Of a stretch of 64,000 bases of DNA, positions 1-9,981 are shown piece by piece; the first letter of the stretch is position 1; each line of letters begins with the position of its first letter. Source of the DNA: an uncultured Friedmanniella sp. (GTDB lineage: Bacteria > Actinomycetota > Actinomycetes > Propionibacteriales > Propionibacteriaceae). The translations under genes were made by a program, and so were the position numbers. The notes beneath the pieces were generated by a model that was not told the origin of the DNA, ran no database searches, and saw nothing but the letters and a program-made list of their open reading frames with translations. The stretch lies in contig NZ_CAXTHG010000005.1 of NCBI RefSeq assembly GCF_964244005.1, positions 106,832 to 170,831 of the forward strand, in the 5' to 3' direction.

Positions 1-603
1 TTCGCCATGCTCGGACAGCTGCAGCTGCAGTCGACCTCCGACCAGCAGGACCCGCTGCTCTATCCCGCCATCGCGATCGGCTCGGTCGTCCACATCCTGC
101 CCGAGCAGGCGGCGCAGTGGGCCTATCCGCAGGCCGGCATGTCCGATGAGGAGATCGCGTTCACGATGTGCACCGGGCTGGCCGGGCGGCTCTACCAGTC
201 CGGCCTGCTCGACCGGATGGACCCCGATCAGCTGGCCCTGGTGGCCGCAGGCGTCGCCGCCCACAAGCTGACCCGGCACGCCATCGCCCGTTCGACGCCG
301 CGCTTCCCGACGGGGCTGCCGAGCTGGGACCAGGCCTGGCTCTCGGTGGCCTTCGACGCCGGACCGGAGACGTACGTGCTGGTCTGGCGGCAGTCCCACG
401 CGCCGCGGGCCGGGCGGCTCGAGCTGCCGCACCTGGGTGGGGCGGAGCTGGCCATCGAGCAGGTCTACCCGCCGACGGACCGGTTGCCACGGTGGGACCT
501 GCGGCGTACGGAGGGGGGTCTGCTGGTCGAGGTGGCCGGTGACGCTGCCGCGGCCCGGATGTACCGGATCACGTCAGTCTCACCGAGTCCGACGGCTGGT
601 TGA
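1..603 (+). CDS. C-terminal part of a glycoside hydrolase family 36 (alpha-galactosidase-like) protein; 5'-partial
   Basis: Frame is open from base 1 (TTC GCC ATG...). The QSTSDQQD...YPAIA segment and the following TGLAGRLYQSG helix resemble the C-terminal catalytic region of GH36 proteins. Confidence 0.6.
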   Translation, partial: FAMLGQLQLQSTSDQQDPLLYPAIAIGSVVHILPEQAAQWAYPQAGMSDEEIAFTMCTGLAGRLYQSGLLDRMDPDQLALVAAGVAAHKLTRHAIARSTPRFPTGLPSWDQAWLSVAFDAGPETYVLVWRQSHAPRAGRLELPHLGGAELAIEQVYPPTDRLPRWDLRRTEGGLLVEVAGDAAAARMYRITSVSPSPTAG

Positions 604-655
604 ACCGCGGCCCGGTGACGGGCCCCGGTTGACCTCTGAGCCGGTGAACAACCGG

Positions 656-1465
656 TCAGGGCCCGGTGTTCACCCAGCCCTCACCGCACGGACCGCCCTC
701 GGCAGACTCGGCGATCGTCACCTCATGGCCGTCGGGATGAAGCAGCGGGATGTAGAACTGCGCCACCTCGACACTGGTCTGCGGGATGTAGTGGAAGATG
801 AGCGAGCGCCGGAACCGGTCCGCGCTGGTGTTGGACCGCGACCCGTGCACCAGGCTGCCGTGAAAGAACAGGACGTCTCCTGCCTTCATCTCGGTCTGGA
901 CCCGTGGCGCGGACTCCGGCACCGGAATGGTGGCACGTGAGAACGACTCGTCGGGATCGGCATCCTCTGGGCACAGGATCTGGATCTGATGAGATCCCGG
1001 GATCACCATGAGTCCGCCGTTCTCCGCGTCGCAGTCGTCGATGGCGATCCAGGCGGCGAGGCACGTCTCGGGGTGCGCCTGCAGGAACAGGTTGTCCTGG
1101 TGCAGGGCCTGGCCGCGGGCCGTGGGGGGCTTGAAGTAGAACATCGACTGGGCTCCGTAGGCCGGCCCGATCAGCTCGGTGACCACTCCGAAGATTCGTC
1201 GGTCCGTCATCAGTCGACGAGCAAGACGGCCGGCTTCGACCTCCGGGTGACGGTGCGGGTGCACAAACCTGGGGAATCTCGCCAGGATGTCCTCGCTGGG
1301 AACGTGGTCGTCGAAACCTAGTGACCGGTCGGCCTCAACCTGCTCGGTGAAGACTGTGCGAATCTCTGCGATCTCCGCCGGGGAAAGCAGCTGCGGGATC
1401 AGGATCACTCCGTCGGACAGGTAACGCTCGGTGATGTCTTGACGTTCGGTCATCAACTGGGTCAT
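656..1465 (-). CDS. Phytanoyl-CoA dioxygenase (PhyH) family Fe(II)/2-oxoglutarate dioxygenase
   Basis: QSMFYFKPP, ALHQDN (HxD), AWIAIDD...ENGGL and GDVLFFHGSLVHGS...RR motifs. Start taken at ATG 1465 (MTQLMTER). Confidence 0.9.
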   Translation of the reverse strand: MTQLMTERQDITERYLSDGVILIPQLLSPAEIAEIRTVFTEQVEADRSLGFDDHVPSEDILARFPRFVHPHRHPEVEAGRLARRLMTDRRIFGVVTELIGPAYGAQSMFYFKPPTARGQALHQDNLFLQAHPETCLAAWIAIDDCDAENGGLMVIPGSHQIQILCPEDADPDESFSRATIPVPESAPRVQTEMKAGDVLFFHGSLVHGSRSNTSADRFRRSLIFHYIPQTSVEVAQFYIPLLHPDGHEVTIAESAEGGPCGEGWVNTGP

Positions 1466-1578
1466 GGGTCGAGTCTTCCGACAATCGTGCTGTGTCACCA
1501 GATAATCGACGGTCGGATCTATGGAAGTTCCTGCTGCGCAGCGGACCCGATCACGGCTCCTGCCCGGTCAGCCGCCGG

Positions 1579-2580
1579 TCACACCCCGGCGGGACGCCCA
1601 GCCAGCAGCTCCAGGTTCACCGAGCGCGGATAGTGACACGCGACCAGCCGACCGGGGGCCGCCTCGGCCAGCGGCGGGTCCACCTCCACGCACAGGTCCG
1701 TAGCATGATGGCACCGGGTCCGGAAACGGCACCCCGACGGCGGGTTGATCGGGCTCGGCACATCGCCCTGCAGCACGATCTGCTCGCGGGCGGCACTGAG
1801 GCGAGGGTCGGGGATCGGCACTGCCGACAGCAGGGCCTCCGTGTAGGGATGCATCGGGGCGGTGTAGAGCGAGGCCGAGTCACACAGCTCCACCAGCCGG
1901 CCGAGGTACATCACCCCGATCCGGTCCGCGATCTGCCGCACCACGGCCAGGTCGTGGCTGATGAAGAGGTAGGTCAGTCCGAGCTCCTCCTGGACGTCCT
2001 CGAGCAGGTTGACCACCTGGGCCTGGACGGAGACGTCGAGACCAGAGACCGGCTCGTCGGCCACGACCAGCCGCGGCTGCATCACCAGAGCTCGGGCGAT
2101 CCCGACCCGCTGCCGCTGTCCGCCGGACAACCCACGGGGATAGCGACCGGCCAGACTTGACGGCAATCCCACCCGGTCCAGCATCTCGGTGACCTTGCGG
2201 TGCCGGGCCGCCGGGTCCCGCTCGCCGTGCACGAGCAGCGGGTCGCCGATGATGTCGGAGATCCGGCGCCGGGGGTTGAGCGAGGCGAACGGGTCCTGGA
2301 AGACCATCTGCAGGTCCCGACGGTACGGCCGGAGCTGCCGTTCCGACAGCTGGCTGATGTCGGTGCCGGCGAATCGCAGGCGACCCGCGGTCGGGGTGTT
2401 GAGACGGATCAGGGTGCGGCCGAGGGTGGACTTGCCACAGCCGGACTCCCCGACGAGGCCGAGGGTTTCGCCCTCGCGTACGTCGAAGGAGACGTCGTCC
2501 ACGGCGTGCACCACCGTCCCGCGGCGCCCCGGGACGTTGAAGTGCTGGACCAGGGACTCGACCTCGAGCAGTGTGCCCAT
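1579..2580 (-). CDS. Peptide/nickel-type ABC transporter ATP-binding protein (OppF/DppF-like)
   Basis: GESGCGKST Walker A, LSGGQRQR signature, ADEPVSGLDV, C-terminal PSGCRFRTRC. Start re-called at [10 protein letters not shown]. Confidence 0.95.
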   Translation of the reverse strand: MGTLLEVESLVQHFNVPGRRGTVVHAVDDVSFDVREGETLGLVGESGCGKSTLGRTLIRLNTPTAGRLRFAGTDISQLSERQLRPYRRDLQMVFQDPFASLNPRRRISDIIGDPLLVHGERDPAARHRKVTEMLDRVGLPSSLAGRYPRGLSGGQRQRVGIARALVMQPRLVVADEPVSGLDVSVQAQVVNLLEDVQEELGLTYLFISHDLAVVRQIADRIGVMYLGRLVELCDSASLYTAPMHPYTEALLSAVPIPDPRLSAAREQIVLQGDVPSPINPPSGCRFRTRCHHATDLCVEVDPPLAEAAPGRLVACHYPRSVNLELLAGRPAGV

Positions 2581-3659
2581 CAGACCCGCCCTCCCAACAG
2601 CAGGTGGCGCAGGGCAGGACGTTCGGCGGGTTCGCGCCAGCACGCGTCGACATGGCCGGGCTGGCTGCGGGGCAGCAGCGGCGGCTGCTCGGTGCAGCGG
2701 TCGATCTCGACGGTGCATCGGAGTCGGAAGGCGCAGCCGGTGGGCAGTTGATCGAGCTGCGGTGGCGACCCGGGGATCGCGGTGAGCCGGTCGATGCGAT
2801 CGAGATCGATCCGGGGCACCGACGCCAGGATGCCCCAGGTGTAGGGATGCTGGGGGTGGTAGAAGACCCGGTCCCGGTCGGCCTGCTCGACCACCTTCCC
2901 GGCGTACATCACCGCCACCCGGTCCGCGACGTCGGCGACGATGCCCAGGTCGTGGGTGATCAGCACGATGGCGGTGCCACGGGTCTCCCGGAGCTGGCGG
3001 AGCAGGGCCAGCACTTGGGCCTGGATCGTGACGTCCAGCGCGGTGGTCGGTTCGTCGGCGATCAGGATCTCCGGCTCGCAGGCCAGCGCCATCGCGATCA
3101 TCACCCGCTGCCGCATCCCCCCGGAGAACTGGTGCGGATAGTCCTCCACCCGGCGGTCCGGGGAGGAGATGCCGACCTCGGCCAACAGCTCGACGGCCCG
3201 GGCCCGCGCCTGCTTGGGTCGCAGGTCCAGGTGCAGCCGCAGCACGTCGACGATCTGCCGGCCCACCGTCTTGGTCGGGTTCAGCGAGGTCATCGGGTCC
3301 TGGAAGACCATCGCGATCCGAGAGCCGCGGATCGGTCGGAGCTCCGCGTCGGACAGCTTGACGAGGTCCCGCCCGCCGTACCAGATCTCACCGTCGATCG
3401 AGCGGGCCTGGCCACGGGTCAGCCCGAGCAGGGTCATCGCCGTGACGCTCTTGCCGGAACCGGACTCACCCACCACGGCGAGCACCTCGGCCGGCCGGAG
3501 GTCGAAGGTGACTCCGTCGACGGCACGCACCGGGCCGGTCGGTCCGTCGAAGGTGACCTGCAGGTTGCGTACGCTCAGCACCGGCTCGGCCTGACTCTTG
3601 GTCGGCGGTATCTCCTCGGTCGGGGTCGTCTCGTCGGTCGGCATCAGCGGACTACTCAT
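2580..3659 (-). CDS. Peptide/nickel-type ABC transporter ATP-binding protein (OppD/DppD-like)
   Basis: [42 protein letters not shown]. Confidence 0.95.
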   Translation of the reverse strand: MSSPLMPTDETTPTEEIPPTKSQAEPVLSVRNLQVTFDGPTGPVRAVDGVTFDLRPAEVLAVVGESGSGKSVTAMTLLGLTRGQARSIDGEIWYGGRDLVKLSDAELRPIRGSRIAMVFQDPMTSLNPTKTVGRQIVDVLRLHLDLRPKQARARAVELLAEVGISSPDRRVEDYPHQFSGGMRQRVMIAMALACEPEILIADEPTTALDVTIQAQVLALLRQLRETRGTAIVLITHDLGIVADVADRVAVMYAGKVVEQADRDRVFYHPQHPYTWGILASVPRIDLDRIDRLTAIPGSPPQLDQLPTGCAFRLRCTVEIDRCTEQPPLLPRSQPGHVDACWREPAERPALRHLLLGGRV

Positions 3660-4654
3660 CGGCGCAACCTCGGATCGAGCAGGGCGTACGACGCGTCGGT
3701 CAGCACGTTGATCAGGACGTACGTCAAGGCGATCACCAGGGCAGCGCCCTGGACCACCGGGTAGTCCCGGGTGGTGATGGTCGAGACCATCAACCGGCCG
3801 ACACCCGGATAGGAGAACACCGCCTCGGTCACCACCGCACCGCCGAGCAGCCCGGCGACCTGCAGCCCGAGAATGGTCACGATCGGCAGCGAGGCGTTGC
3901 GGAAGATCTCCGACCAGAAGATCATCGAGCGCCCCATGCCCTTGGCCCGGGCCGTCCGGACGAAGTCCTCGCTCATCGTCTCCACGAAGCTGGCCCGGGT
4001 GATCCGCATCAAGAAGCCGGCGGTGGTCAGCCCCACGGTGACCGCCGGCAGGATCAGGTGCGCCGCCCAGGGCCGCAGCAGGTCGTAGCGGTTCTGCAGC
4101 ACCGCATCGACCAGCACGAAGTTGGTGGTGGGGGAGTAGCTGGTCCCGGGCGGGAAGCGGCCGAAGCTCGGCAACCAGCCGAGATAGACGCTGAAGACGA
4201 CGATCAGGGCGACGCCGAGGAAGAACCAGGGCATCGAGAACAGCACGGTGGCGACGGTTCTGGCCAACCCGTCCAGCCAGGTGCCCGAGGTCGCGGCGGC
4301 CAGCATGCCCGTGCTCAGCCCGACCACGACCAGGACCACGCCGGCGGCCACGGACAGCTCGATGGTGACCGGCAGGGCTTCGCGCAGCAGATCGACCACG
4401 GGTGTGGACCCGGTGAAGGAGTTACCGAGGTCAGCGTGTACGAGGCCCTTGAGGTAGATCCAGTACTGCGCGAGCAACGACTCGTCCAGGCCCAGCAGAC
4501 GCCGGATCTCGGCCTTCTGCTCGGGTGTGGCCGTGGGCTGGACCGACTGCTCCACCGCGTCGCCCGGCACGACCCGCAGCACGATGAAGACCAGGGTGAC
4601 GGCGCCCCAGACCACGAAGGGGACGGCGAGCAAGCGGCGTCCGAGTGCCCTCAT
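3656..4654 (-). CDS. Peptide/nickel-type ABC transporter permease (OppB/DppB-like)
   Basis: DLGNSF, multiple TM helices, EDFVRTARAKG EAA loop, RDYPVVQG. Confidence 0.95.
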   Translation of the reverse strand: MRALGRRLLAVPFVVWGAVTLVFIVLRVVPGDAVEQSVQPTATPEQKAEIRRLLGLDESLLAQYWIYLKGLVHADLGNSFTGSTPVVDLLREALPVTIELSVAAGVVLVVVGLSTGMLAAATSGTWLDGLARTVATVLFSMPWFFLGVALIVVFSVYLGWLPSFGRFPPGTSYSPTTNFVLVDAVLQNRYDLLRPWAAHLILPAVTVGLTTAGFLMRITRASFVETMSEDFVRTARAKGMGRSMIFWSEIFRNASLPIVTILGLQVAGLLGGAVVTEAVFSYPGVGRLMVSTITTRDYPVVQGAALVIALTYVLINVLTDASYALLDPRLRR

Positions 4655-5559
4655 GCCCGGGCCCGCTTGCCGCTCAGGGCGTTGCCGGGGTCGAGCACGT
4701 CACGCAGGTCGTCGCCGGCGAAGTTGCAGGCCAGCACGAAGAGCGTGATCAACACGCCCGGCACGATCGCCAGGTCGGGAGCGTCGAAGAGGAACTCCTG
4801 CGCCTCCTTCACCATCAGACCCCAGTCCGGGTTGGGCGGTTGGACACCCAGCCCGAGATAGGACAGCGCGGCGCTCAGGCTCGTCGCCACCGCAACGGTC
4901 GAGGTGGCTTGGACGATGATGGGTCCGACCAGGTTGGGGAGGATTTCGCGGAACAAGATCCGGGGGGCGCCGAAGCCGGCCGCCCGGACCGCCAGCACGT
5001 ACTCGCGTTCGCGCTCGCGAAGGGTGAGGGCCCGTGACAGCCGGGCGAAGACGGGCAGCTGGGAGATGGAGATCGCCAAGATGACGTTCTGGACCCCGGA
5101 GCCCAGCGCGGCGACGATCATGATCGCCAGCAGGATGAGCGGGAAGGACAGCAGGACGTCCATCCCGCGGGCGACCACGGCGTCGAGCCAACCACCTCGA
5201 TAACCGGCCCAGAGCCCGAGCAGGGTGCCCACCACGGTCGAGATCACCACGGAGCAGACCGCGGTGAGCATGATCGGCCGCCCGCCGTAGAGCAGCCGGG
5301 TGAACTGGTCGCGACCCAGGTTGTCGGTGCCGGCCAGGTGGCCTGGTGAGCCGGGGGCCAGCAGGGTCGAGGAAAAGTCCTGGGTGGTCGGTTCGTAGGA
5401 CGACAGCAGAGGCGCCGCCAGGCTCAGCACGACGACCAGCAGCAGGAAGCCCCAGACGACGACCGAGGACGGCCGGCGTAGGGCCTGCCGGAGCCCGCCA
5501 AGGCCATGCGCCCCGATGGCCGGGGGCAGCGCAGGCGTACCCACCGGCAACACGCTCAT
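4651..5559 (-). CDS. Peptide/nickel-type ABC transporter permease (OppC/DppC-like)
   Basis: GTDNLGRD, REREYVLAVRAAG, ILPN, LSYLGLGVQPPNPDWG. Start re-called at MSVLPVG (4-bp overlap with the upstream gene). Confidence 0.95.
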   Translation of the reverse strand: MSVLPVGTPALPPAIGAHGLGGLRQALRRPSSVVVWGFLLLVVVLSLAAPLLSSYEPTTQDFSSTLLAPGSPGHLAGTDNLGRDQFTRLLYGGRPIMLTAVCSVVISTVVGTLLGLWAGYRGGWLDAVVARGMDVLLSFPLILLAIMIVAALGSGVQNVILAISISQLPVFARLSRALTLREREREYVLAVRAAGFGAPRILFREILPNLVGPIIVQATSTVAVATSLSAALSYLGLGVQPPNPDWGLMVKEAQEFLFDAPDLAIVPGVLITLFVLACNFAGDDLRDVLDPGNALSGKRARA

Positions 5560-7238
5560 CCGACGGTGGCCTTCTCGAAGAAGGTGCGGTAGGTGCCGAG
5601 TGCGTCCGGGTTGAGGTTCTGGACGTTGCTCTGCTGGACCGTCGGGAGATAGCGGTAGGCCACCATCGCCGTGGCCAGGATCTCTTCGGTCCAGTAGGTC
5701 TGCAGCTGCACGTAGAGGTCCTTGCGCTTGGCCTGGTCCGGTTCGCCGCGGGCAGCGGTGAGCAGTTGGTCGAACTGCTTCTGCTTCTCGGGCAGCAGGG
5801 ACTCCACGCGCAGCCACTGCTGGTTGTAGCTCGAGTCCCCCGCCAGCAACGGGGTGAGCTTGTTGTCAGGGTCGGCGACGAAGGCCGAACGCTGCTCGAG
5901 GAACACCTCGTGCTGGTTCTTCACCGCGCGATCGCTGAACGTGGCCGAGTCCAGGTACTCAACCTTGGGCTTCAGCCCGATCGCGGTCAGATTGGCCTCG
6001 ATCACCTGACCGAGCGCGGGCCAGAACAAGATGTTGAGGGTGATCAGGCTGATGGACTTGCCGACGGCTCCAGCTTCGGTCAGCAAGGCCTTGGCCTTGT
6101 CCACATCCTGGGTGGACAACGCCTTCAGGCTGTCGTCGTAGCCGAGCTCGGCCGGGGTCACCATCCCGCCGGGAACTGCGGCCGCACCGGCGAAGACCGA
6201 GGAGACCACGGCCTGCCGGTCGATGGCGAGGTTGATCGCCTGCCTGACCTTCTGGTCGGCGAGCGTCGGTTTGCTGAGGTTCATCCCGAGATAGATGTCG
6301 ATGTAGGGCTTCGCCTCCTCGACCACGAGACCTGAGCTCTTCAGTCGCGCGACGTTCGAGACCGGCGCGAAGCAGGTCGCGTTCACTGCGTTGCTGCTGA
6401 GCGCGCTGACCAACGAGGAGGGGTCGGGCAGGATCTGGAACACGACCTTCGACAGGGTGGGTTTGCCCTCCCAGTAGTCATCGAAGCGCTCCAGGACCAC
6501 CGACTGCCCGGCGGTGAAGCTGACGAACTTGTAGGGGCCCGATCCCACCAGGGACTGACCGATCTTGGCACCCTTCGCCTCGATGGCCGCCGAGGACAGG
6601 GCGACGGAGTTGGGGTTCGAGCAGCGGCCGAGGAAGGCGACGTCCGGCGCGGCCAGCTTGACCTCGAAGGTGGCGTCATCGAGAGCCTGGTAGGACTTCA
6701 CGTTGGCTCCGCCGAGCTCGGAGGAGGCATAGGTCGTGGGGTCGCGGGTGGGGTCGCTCTCGTCGAAGAGCCGGCGCCAGGAGCGCTCGAAGTCCTTCGC
6801 GCTGACGGTGTTGCCGTCGTGGAACTTGACTCCCGAGCGGATCTTGAAGGTGTAGACGAGCTGGTCGTCGGAGACCGTCCAGCTCTCGGCCAGCGCCGGC
6901 TTGGGCTCGCTGCTCACGTAGTCGACGTGCGTGAGGCCGCGAGCGATGCAGTCGATCACCATCCAGTTGCCAAAGCTGGCGAAGGAGCCGGGGTCGCTGG
7001 TGCCGGTGAGCTGGTCGACGGCGAAGATCAGCTCGCCGTCGGTGTTCGCCGGACCGGTCGGGGTCTCGGCCGGAGTGTTCGACCCGGAGGTGCCGGGTCG
7101 ACTGCAGGCCGCTAGCAGACCGGGGGTCAGGATCACACCGCCACCGACGAGGGCGGAGCGGAGGAACGTACGGCGGGCCACGGCCACGTCGAGCGCGGCG
7201 GTCGCGGTGGCGGTCAAGTCGGAGGTGCTGCTGCTCAT
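5556..7238 (-). CDS. ABC transporter substrate-binding lipoprotein (family 5), Tat-like signal
   Basis: RRTFLR twin-arginine motif and LAAC lipobox; PALAESW.VSDD, GVKFHDG, GSGPYKF family-5 motifs. Confidence 0.92.
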   Translation of the reverse strand: MSSSTSDLTATATAALDVAVARRTFLRSALVGGGVILTPGLLAACSRPGTSGSNTPAETPTGPANTDGELIFAVDQLTGTSDPGSFASFGNWMVIDCIARGLTHVDYVSSEPKPALAESWTVSDDQLVYTFKIRSGVKFHDGNTVSAKDFERSWRRLFDESDPTRDPTTYASSELGGANVKSYQALDDATFEVKLAAPDVAFLGRCSNPNSVALSSAAIEAKGAKIGQSLVGSGPYKFVSFTAGQSVVLERFDDYWEGKPTLSKVVFQILPDPSSLVSALSSNAVNATCFAPVSNVARLKSSGLVVEEAKPYIDIYLGMNLSKPTLADQKVRQAINLAIDRQAVVSSVFAGAAAVPGGMVTPAELGYDDSLKALSTQDVDKAKALLTEAGAVGKSISLITLNILFWPALGQVIEANLTAIGLKPKVEYLDSATFSDRAVKNQHEVFLEQRSAFVADPDNKLTPLLAGDSSYNQQWLRVESLLPEKQKQFDQLLTAARGEPDQAKRKDLYVQLQTYWTEEILATAMVAYRYLPTVQQSNVQNLNPDALGTYRTFFEKATVG

Positions 7239-7300
7239 GGCGGGTCCTGTCGGATGCAGACGTACGGACAGTGGGACGAGAGAAAGAGCCGAACCGCAAT

Positions 7301-7312
7301 AGTTTATAAAGT
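7301..7312. promoter_or_regulatory. Candidate operator, near-palindrome AGTTTATAAAGT (copy 1)
   Basis: One mismatch to the perfect palindrome ACTTTATAAAGT. AT-rich site in a GC-rich intergenic region upstream of the ABC operon. Confidence 0.5.
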
Positions 7313-7481
7313 ATGGAAACTACAGCAGCGGTACATGTCGAATCCACGCACCTTCTGTTACGGTCAGGTTACGGAATTGATGGCTTGACCGCGGGCTTGA
7401 GTAGTGAGCGCGGTCCGTGGTGTCATAAGGCCGGGGTGGGGGAGGGGCAGCGGCGGAATGGTGAAACCTCGAAACCAGCAA

Positions 7482-7493
7482 ACTTTATAAGGT
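7482..7493. promoter_or_regulatory. Candidate operator, near-palindrome ACTTTATAAGGT (copy 2)
   Basis: One mismatch to ACTTTATAAAGT; followed by AT, like copy 1. Confidence 0.5.
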
Positions 7494-7731
7494 ATATCTC
7501 GTGGCCAGTTTGTCAGAGTCAGGAGCAGTCGGTGTCATCCCTGCCGACGGTAAGCCGTCGGCGCCCTGACCGGTGGGGCTTCGGTGGCATCGCGGCCGCA
7601 GCGAACCTCCGGCGTCGCGGTGTCCAGTATTTCGTGATCTTCGAGCGCGGAGCTGCCCACCGCGGCCCGGGACGACTCGTTCGGCGGTCAGCGAGCCGTG
7701 CTGAGCAGCCATTTCTTCGAGCCGATGCCGC

Positions 7732-8442
7732 TCAGGGGACGGCTGGGGGGAAGAGGAGGTCGCGGACGGCGGCACCGGTGTGCACGATGTGCTCGATCGA
7801 CGTCCGGCTGGCCAGGTCGGGGTTGCCGTCGGAAACGGCTTGGGCGACCGTCTTGTGCACCTGGACCCAGTCGCGGCCGAGCTGGTCCTCCACGGTGGAG
7901 AAATAGAACCGGGCGCGCTTGCGCAGACTCACGGCGGTGCTGCCGAGTACCGAGTTGTGGGCCGCGTCACTGAGAGCCAGGTAGAACGCGTGGTTCGAGG
8001 AGCTGAGAGCATCGTGGTCGACCGCGCGATGTGCGGTCTCGCCGGCCTGCACCGCCTGCTTGAGGGTGGCCAGCTCCGCCGGTGTCCGGCGTTCCGCTGC
8101 CCACCGGGCCACCTGACCTTCGACCAGAGCGCGGAACTCGAACAGCTCGGTCAGCTCCTGCTCGGTCCGCTCCCGCACCCGTACGCCGTAACGGGGCTTG
8201 ATGTCGACCCAGCCAGCCTCGTGCAGCGATCGCAACGCTTCCCGGACCGGGATCCGGCTCACACCGTAGTGGGCGGCGAGGTCGTCGGCGTGGATCCGGG
8301 CGCCCGGCTCGAGTGCACCGGTGATGATTGCTTCCTCGAGGTTGTCGAACAACATCAAGGGCAGCGTGCTGGACCCTGACAGCAGGGGCAGCGAACCAGT
8401 GAAGTCGCTACGGCTAGTGGCGACTGAGCCTTCGGTGGTCAC
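7732..8442 (-). CDS. GntR family transcriptional regulator (FCD domain)
   Basis: LEEAIITGALEPGARI...YGVSRIPVREALRSL HTH followed by an FCD domain (ELFEFRALVEG, NHAFY). The true start may be further downstream. Confidence 0.92.
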   Translation of the reverse strand: MTTEGSVATSRSDFTGSLPLLSGSSTLPLMLFDNLEEAIITGALEPGARIHADDLAAHYGVSRIPVREALRSLHEAGWVDIKPRYGVRVRERTEQELTELFEFRALVEGQVARWAAERRTPAELATLKQAVQAGETAHRAVDHDALSSSNHAFYLALSDAAHNSVLGSTAVSLRKRARFYFSTVEDQLGRDWVQVHKTVAQAVSDGNPDLASRTSIEHIVHTGAAVRDLLFPPAVP

Positions 8443-8489
8443 AGCTTCTCCGGACGTGTAGAGCGGTTGGTTGCACTATATGGACCCTG

Positions 8490-8766
8490 CGGGGTTCCGT
8501 ATCGATCTGAGGTCGTCGTCGGGCCACCAGCCCAGGGTTGCCGACCGAGTTCGCGCCGGTCTCGGCCTGACCGGCAAGGGCATCCGCTGCGCTGGCTCCG
8601 GCGCCTGCGGCATCAGCACGCAGATCGCCGTTCGGGAAGCCAGCGCCGCATCGACGGCGTTGCCGCCTTGCTCACCTGAGTGCCTCGCCCTGACAGCCCT
8701 CGACGAGGCGCCGGGAGAGCTCGAGGTCGACAGCCCGCGTTGCTCCGGAGCCAAGGTGGTGGTCAT
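8490..8766 (-). pseudogene. Gamma-glutamyltransferase N-terminal remnant
   Basis: GGNAVDAALA...AICVLMPQA matches the GGT N-terminus. After a frameshift, another frame reads GAGAS...ETGANSVGNPGLVA, resembling GSG...G..SVGVPG. The rest of the gene is missing. Confidence 0.6.
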
Positions 8767-8865
8767 CGGTTGGTGCGGCCCGGGTCAACGCGTCGGGTAC
8801 TCACGATCTATCGTGCTCGCGGCACGAGACGTCTCGGTCGGGCGTGGCGAAGCGCGGCCAGCCCG

Positions 8866-9771
8866 CTACCGCGAGGCCAGCACGGTGTCGGCGGCTCTGG
8901 CCGTCTCGTTGGCGACCCGGCGGGCCGTGAGCGTCGCCACCGTCTGCACGTCGGCCGCGGTGCTCCGGACGGTGAGCTCCAGGGCCATGGCCGCATCGGC
9001 CGCGGCGGCGGCCGCCTCCATCGCTGCGGTGGCCGCCGCCCGAGCCACCTCCGTGGCGTGCAGAGCGACGTCGTGGGCGATCACGACCGCGGCCGCCGAT
9101 ACTCCCGCGGCGATCATGGTGGCCTCGGCCGCGACGTCGACGTCGTGCGGGTCGGTCGAGGAGAGTGCGACCCGTGTGGCCTGATCGGACGCCGCGTGGG
9201 CCACCCGGTCCGCTTCTTCGTCGGCGCGCAGCCGCACCGCGGTCGCGGTCGCTCGGACGGTCTCGGCGATAGCGGCTGCCGAGCGAGCCGTGGCCAGGGC
9301 TTGAGCGTCGCTGGCTGCCGCGGCCGCGAGCGCGGTGCGTTCGGCAGCAGCGGCGACGGCATCGAGCGCCAGCAACGCGGCTTGGCTGGCCGCGGCCTCG
9401 AGTCCGAGCGCCACCTGGATGTCGACCTCGGCCTCACGGGCCAGCGCCGCGACGAGGGCCTCGGCGGTACTCATGTCCGCGTGCTGGCTCACGTCGTCGG
9501 GGCCGGGCAGCGCCCTCAGCTTGATGATCGGGGTCGGCGCCTGCTGGTCAGCCTTCGCGGGCGGCACCTGGCCGGTGATCGTGTCCGGCTCGTCGGCGGC
9601 GACGGACAGGTCCTCCGCCAGCGCGTCGAGCCACTCGGGGCGGTCGGCCAGCCAGATCGCGGTGGCCAGTACCCTCGCTCGGTGGGGCGTCATGGTCAGG
9701 ACCACGTTGCCGGCGCGGCGGCCAACAGCGGGCCCCTGCCACTTCGTGAAGTCGGTCATGGTGGTCTCCAA
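8866..9771 (-). CDS. Hypothetical Ala-rich, predicted helical/coiled-coil protein
   Basis: 301-aa ORF with high-GC coding style, a likely RBS (AGG/GGAG) and a long Ala/Glu-rich C-terminal half. Confidence 0.6.
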   Translation of the reverse strand: METTMTDFTKWQGPAVGRRAGNVVLTMTPHRARVLATAIWLADRPEWLDALAEDLSVAADEPDTITGQVPPAKADQQAPTPIIKLRALPGPDDVSQHADMSTAEALVAALAREAEVDIQVALGLEAAASQAALLALDAVAAAAERTALAAAAASDAQALATARSAAAIAETVRATATAVRLRADEEADRVAHAASDQATRVALSSTDPHDVDVAAEATMIAAGVSAAAVVIAHDVALHATEVARAAATAAMEAAAAAADAAMALELTVRSTAADVQTVATLTARRVANETARAADTVLASR

Positions 9772-9981
9772 GGACCTGCGTAGTCGGCGATGCGACGGTG
9801 GGGGAAGGTGCCGACTCCCGGGTGGCGGCCGTACGGCTGGAGGCCAGCTGCAGGCCGAGAAACCTGCGGCCGCTGGATGACGTCCTCACACGTTACACCG
9901 CTGAGCTCGGTCGACGGCGCGCTCCAGCAGGGGAGATCGGGCGGACGAGGTGCTGGAGCGCGCACGGGATCCGCCGGGGCC

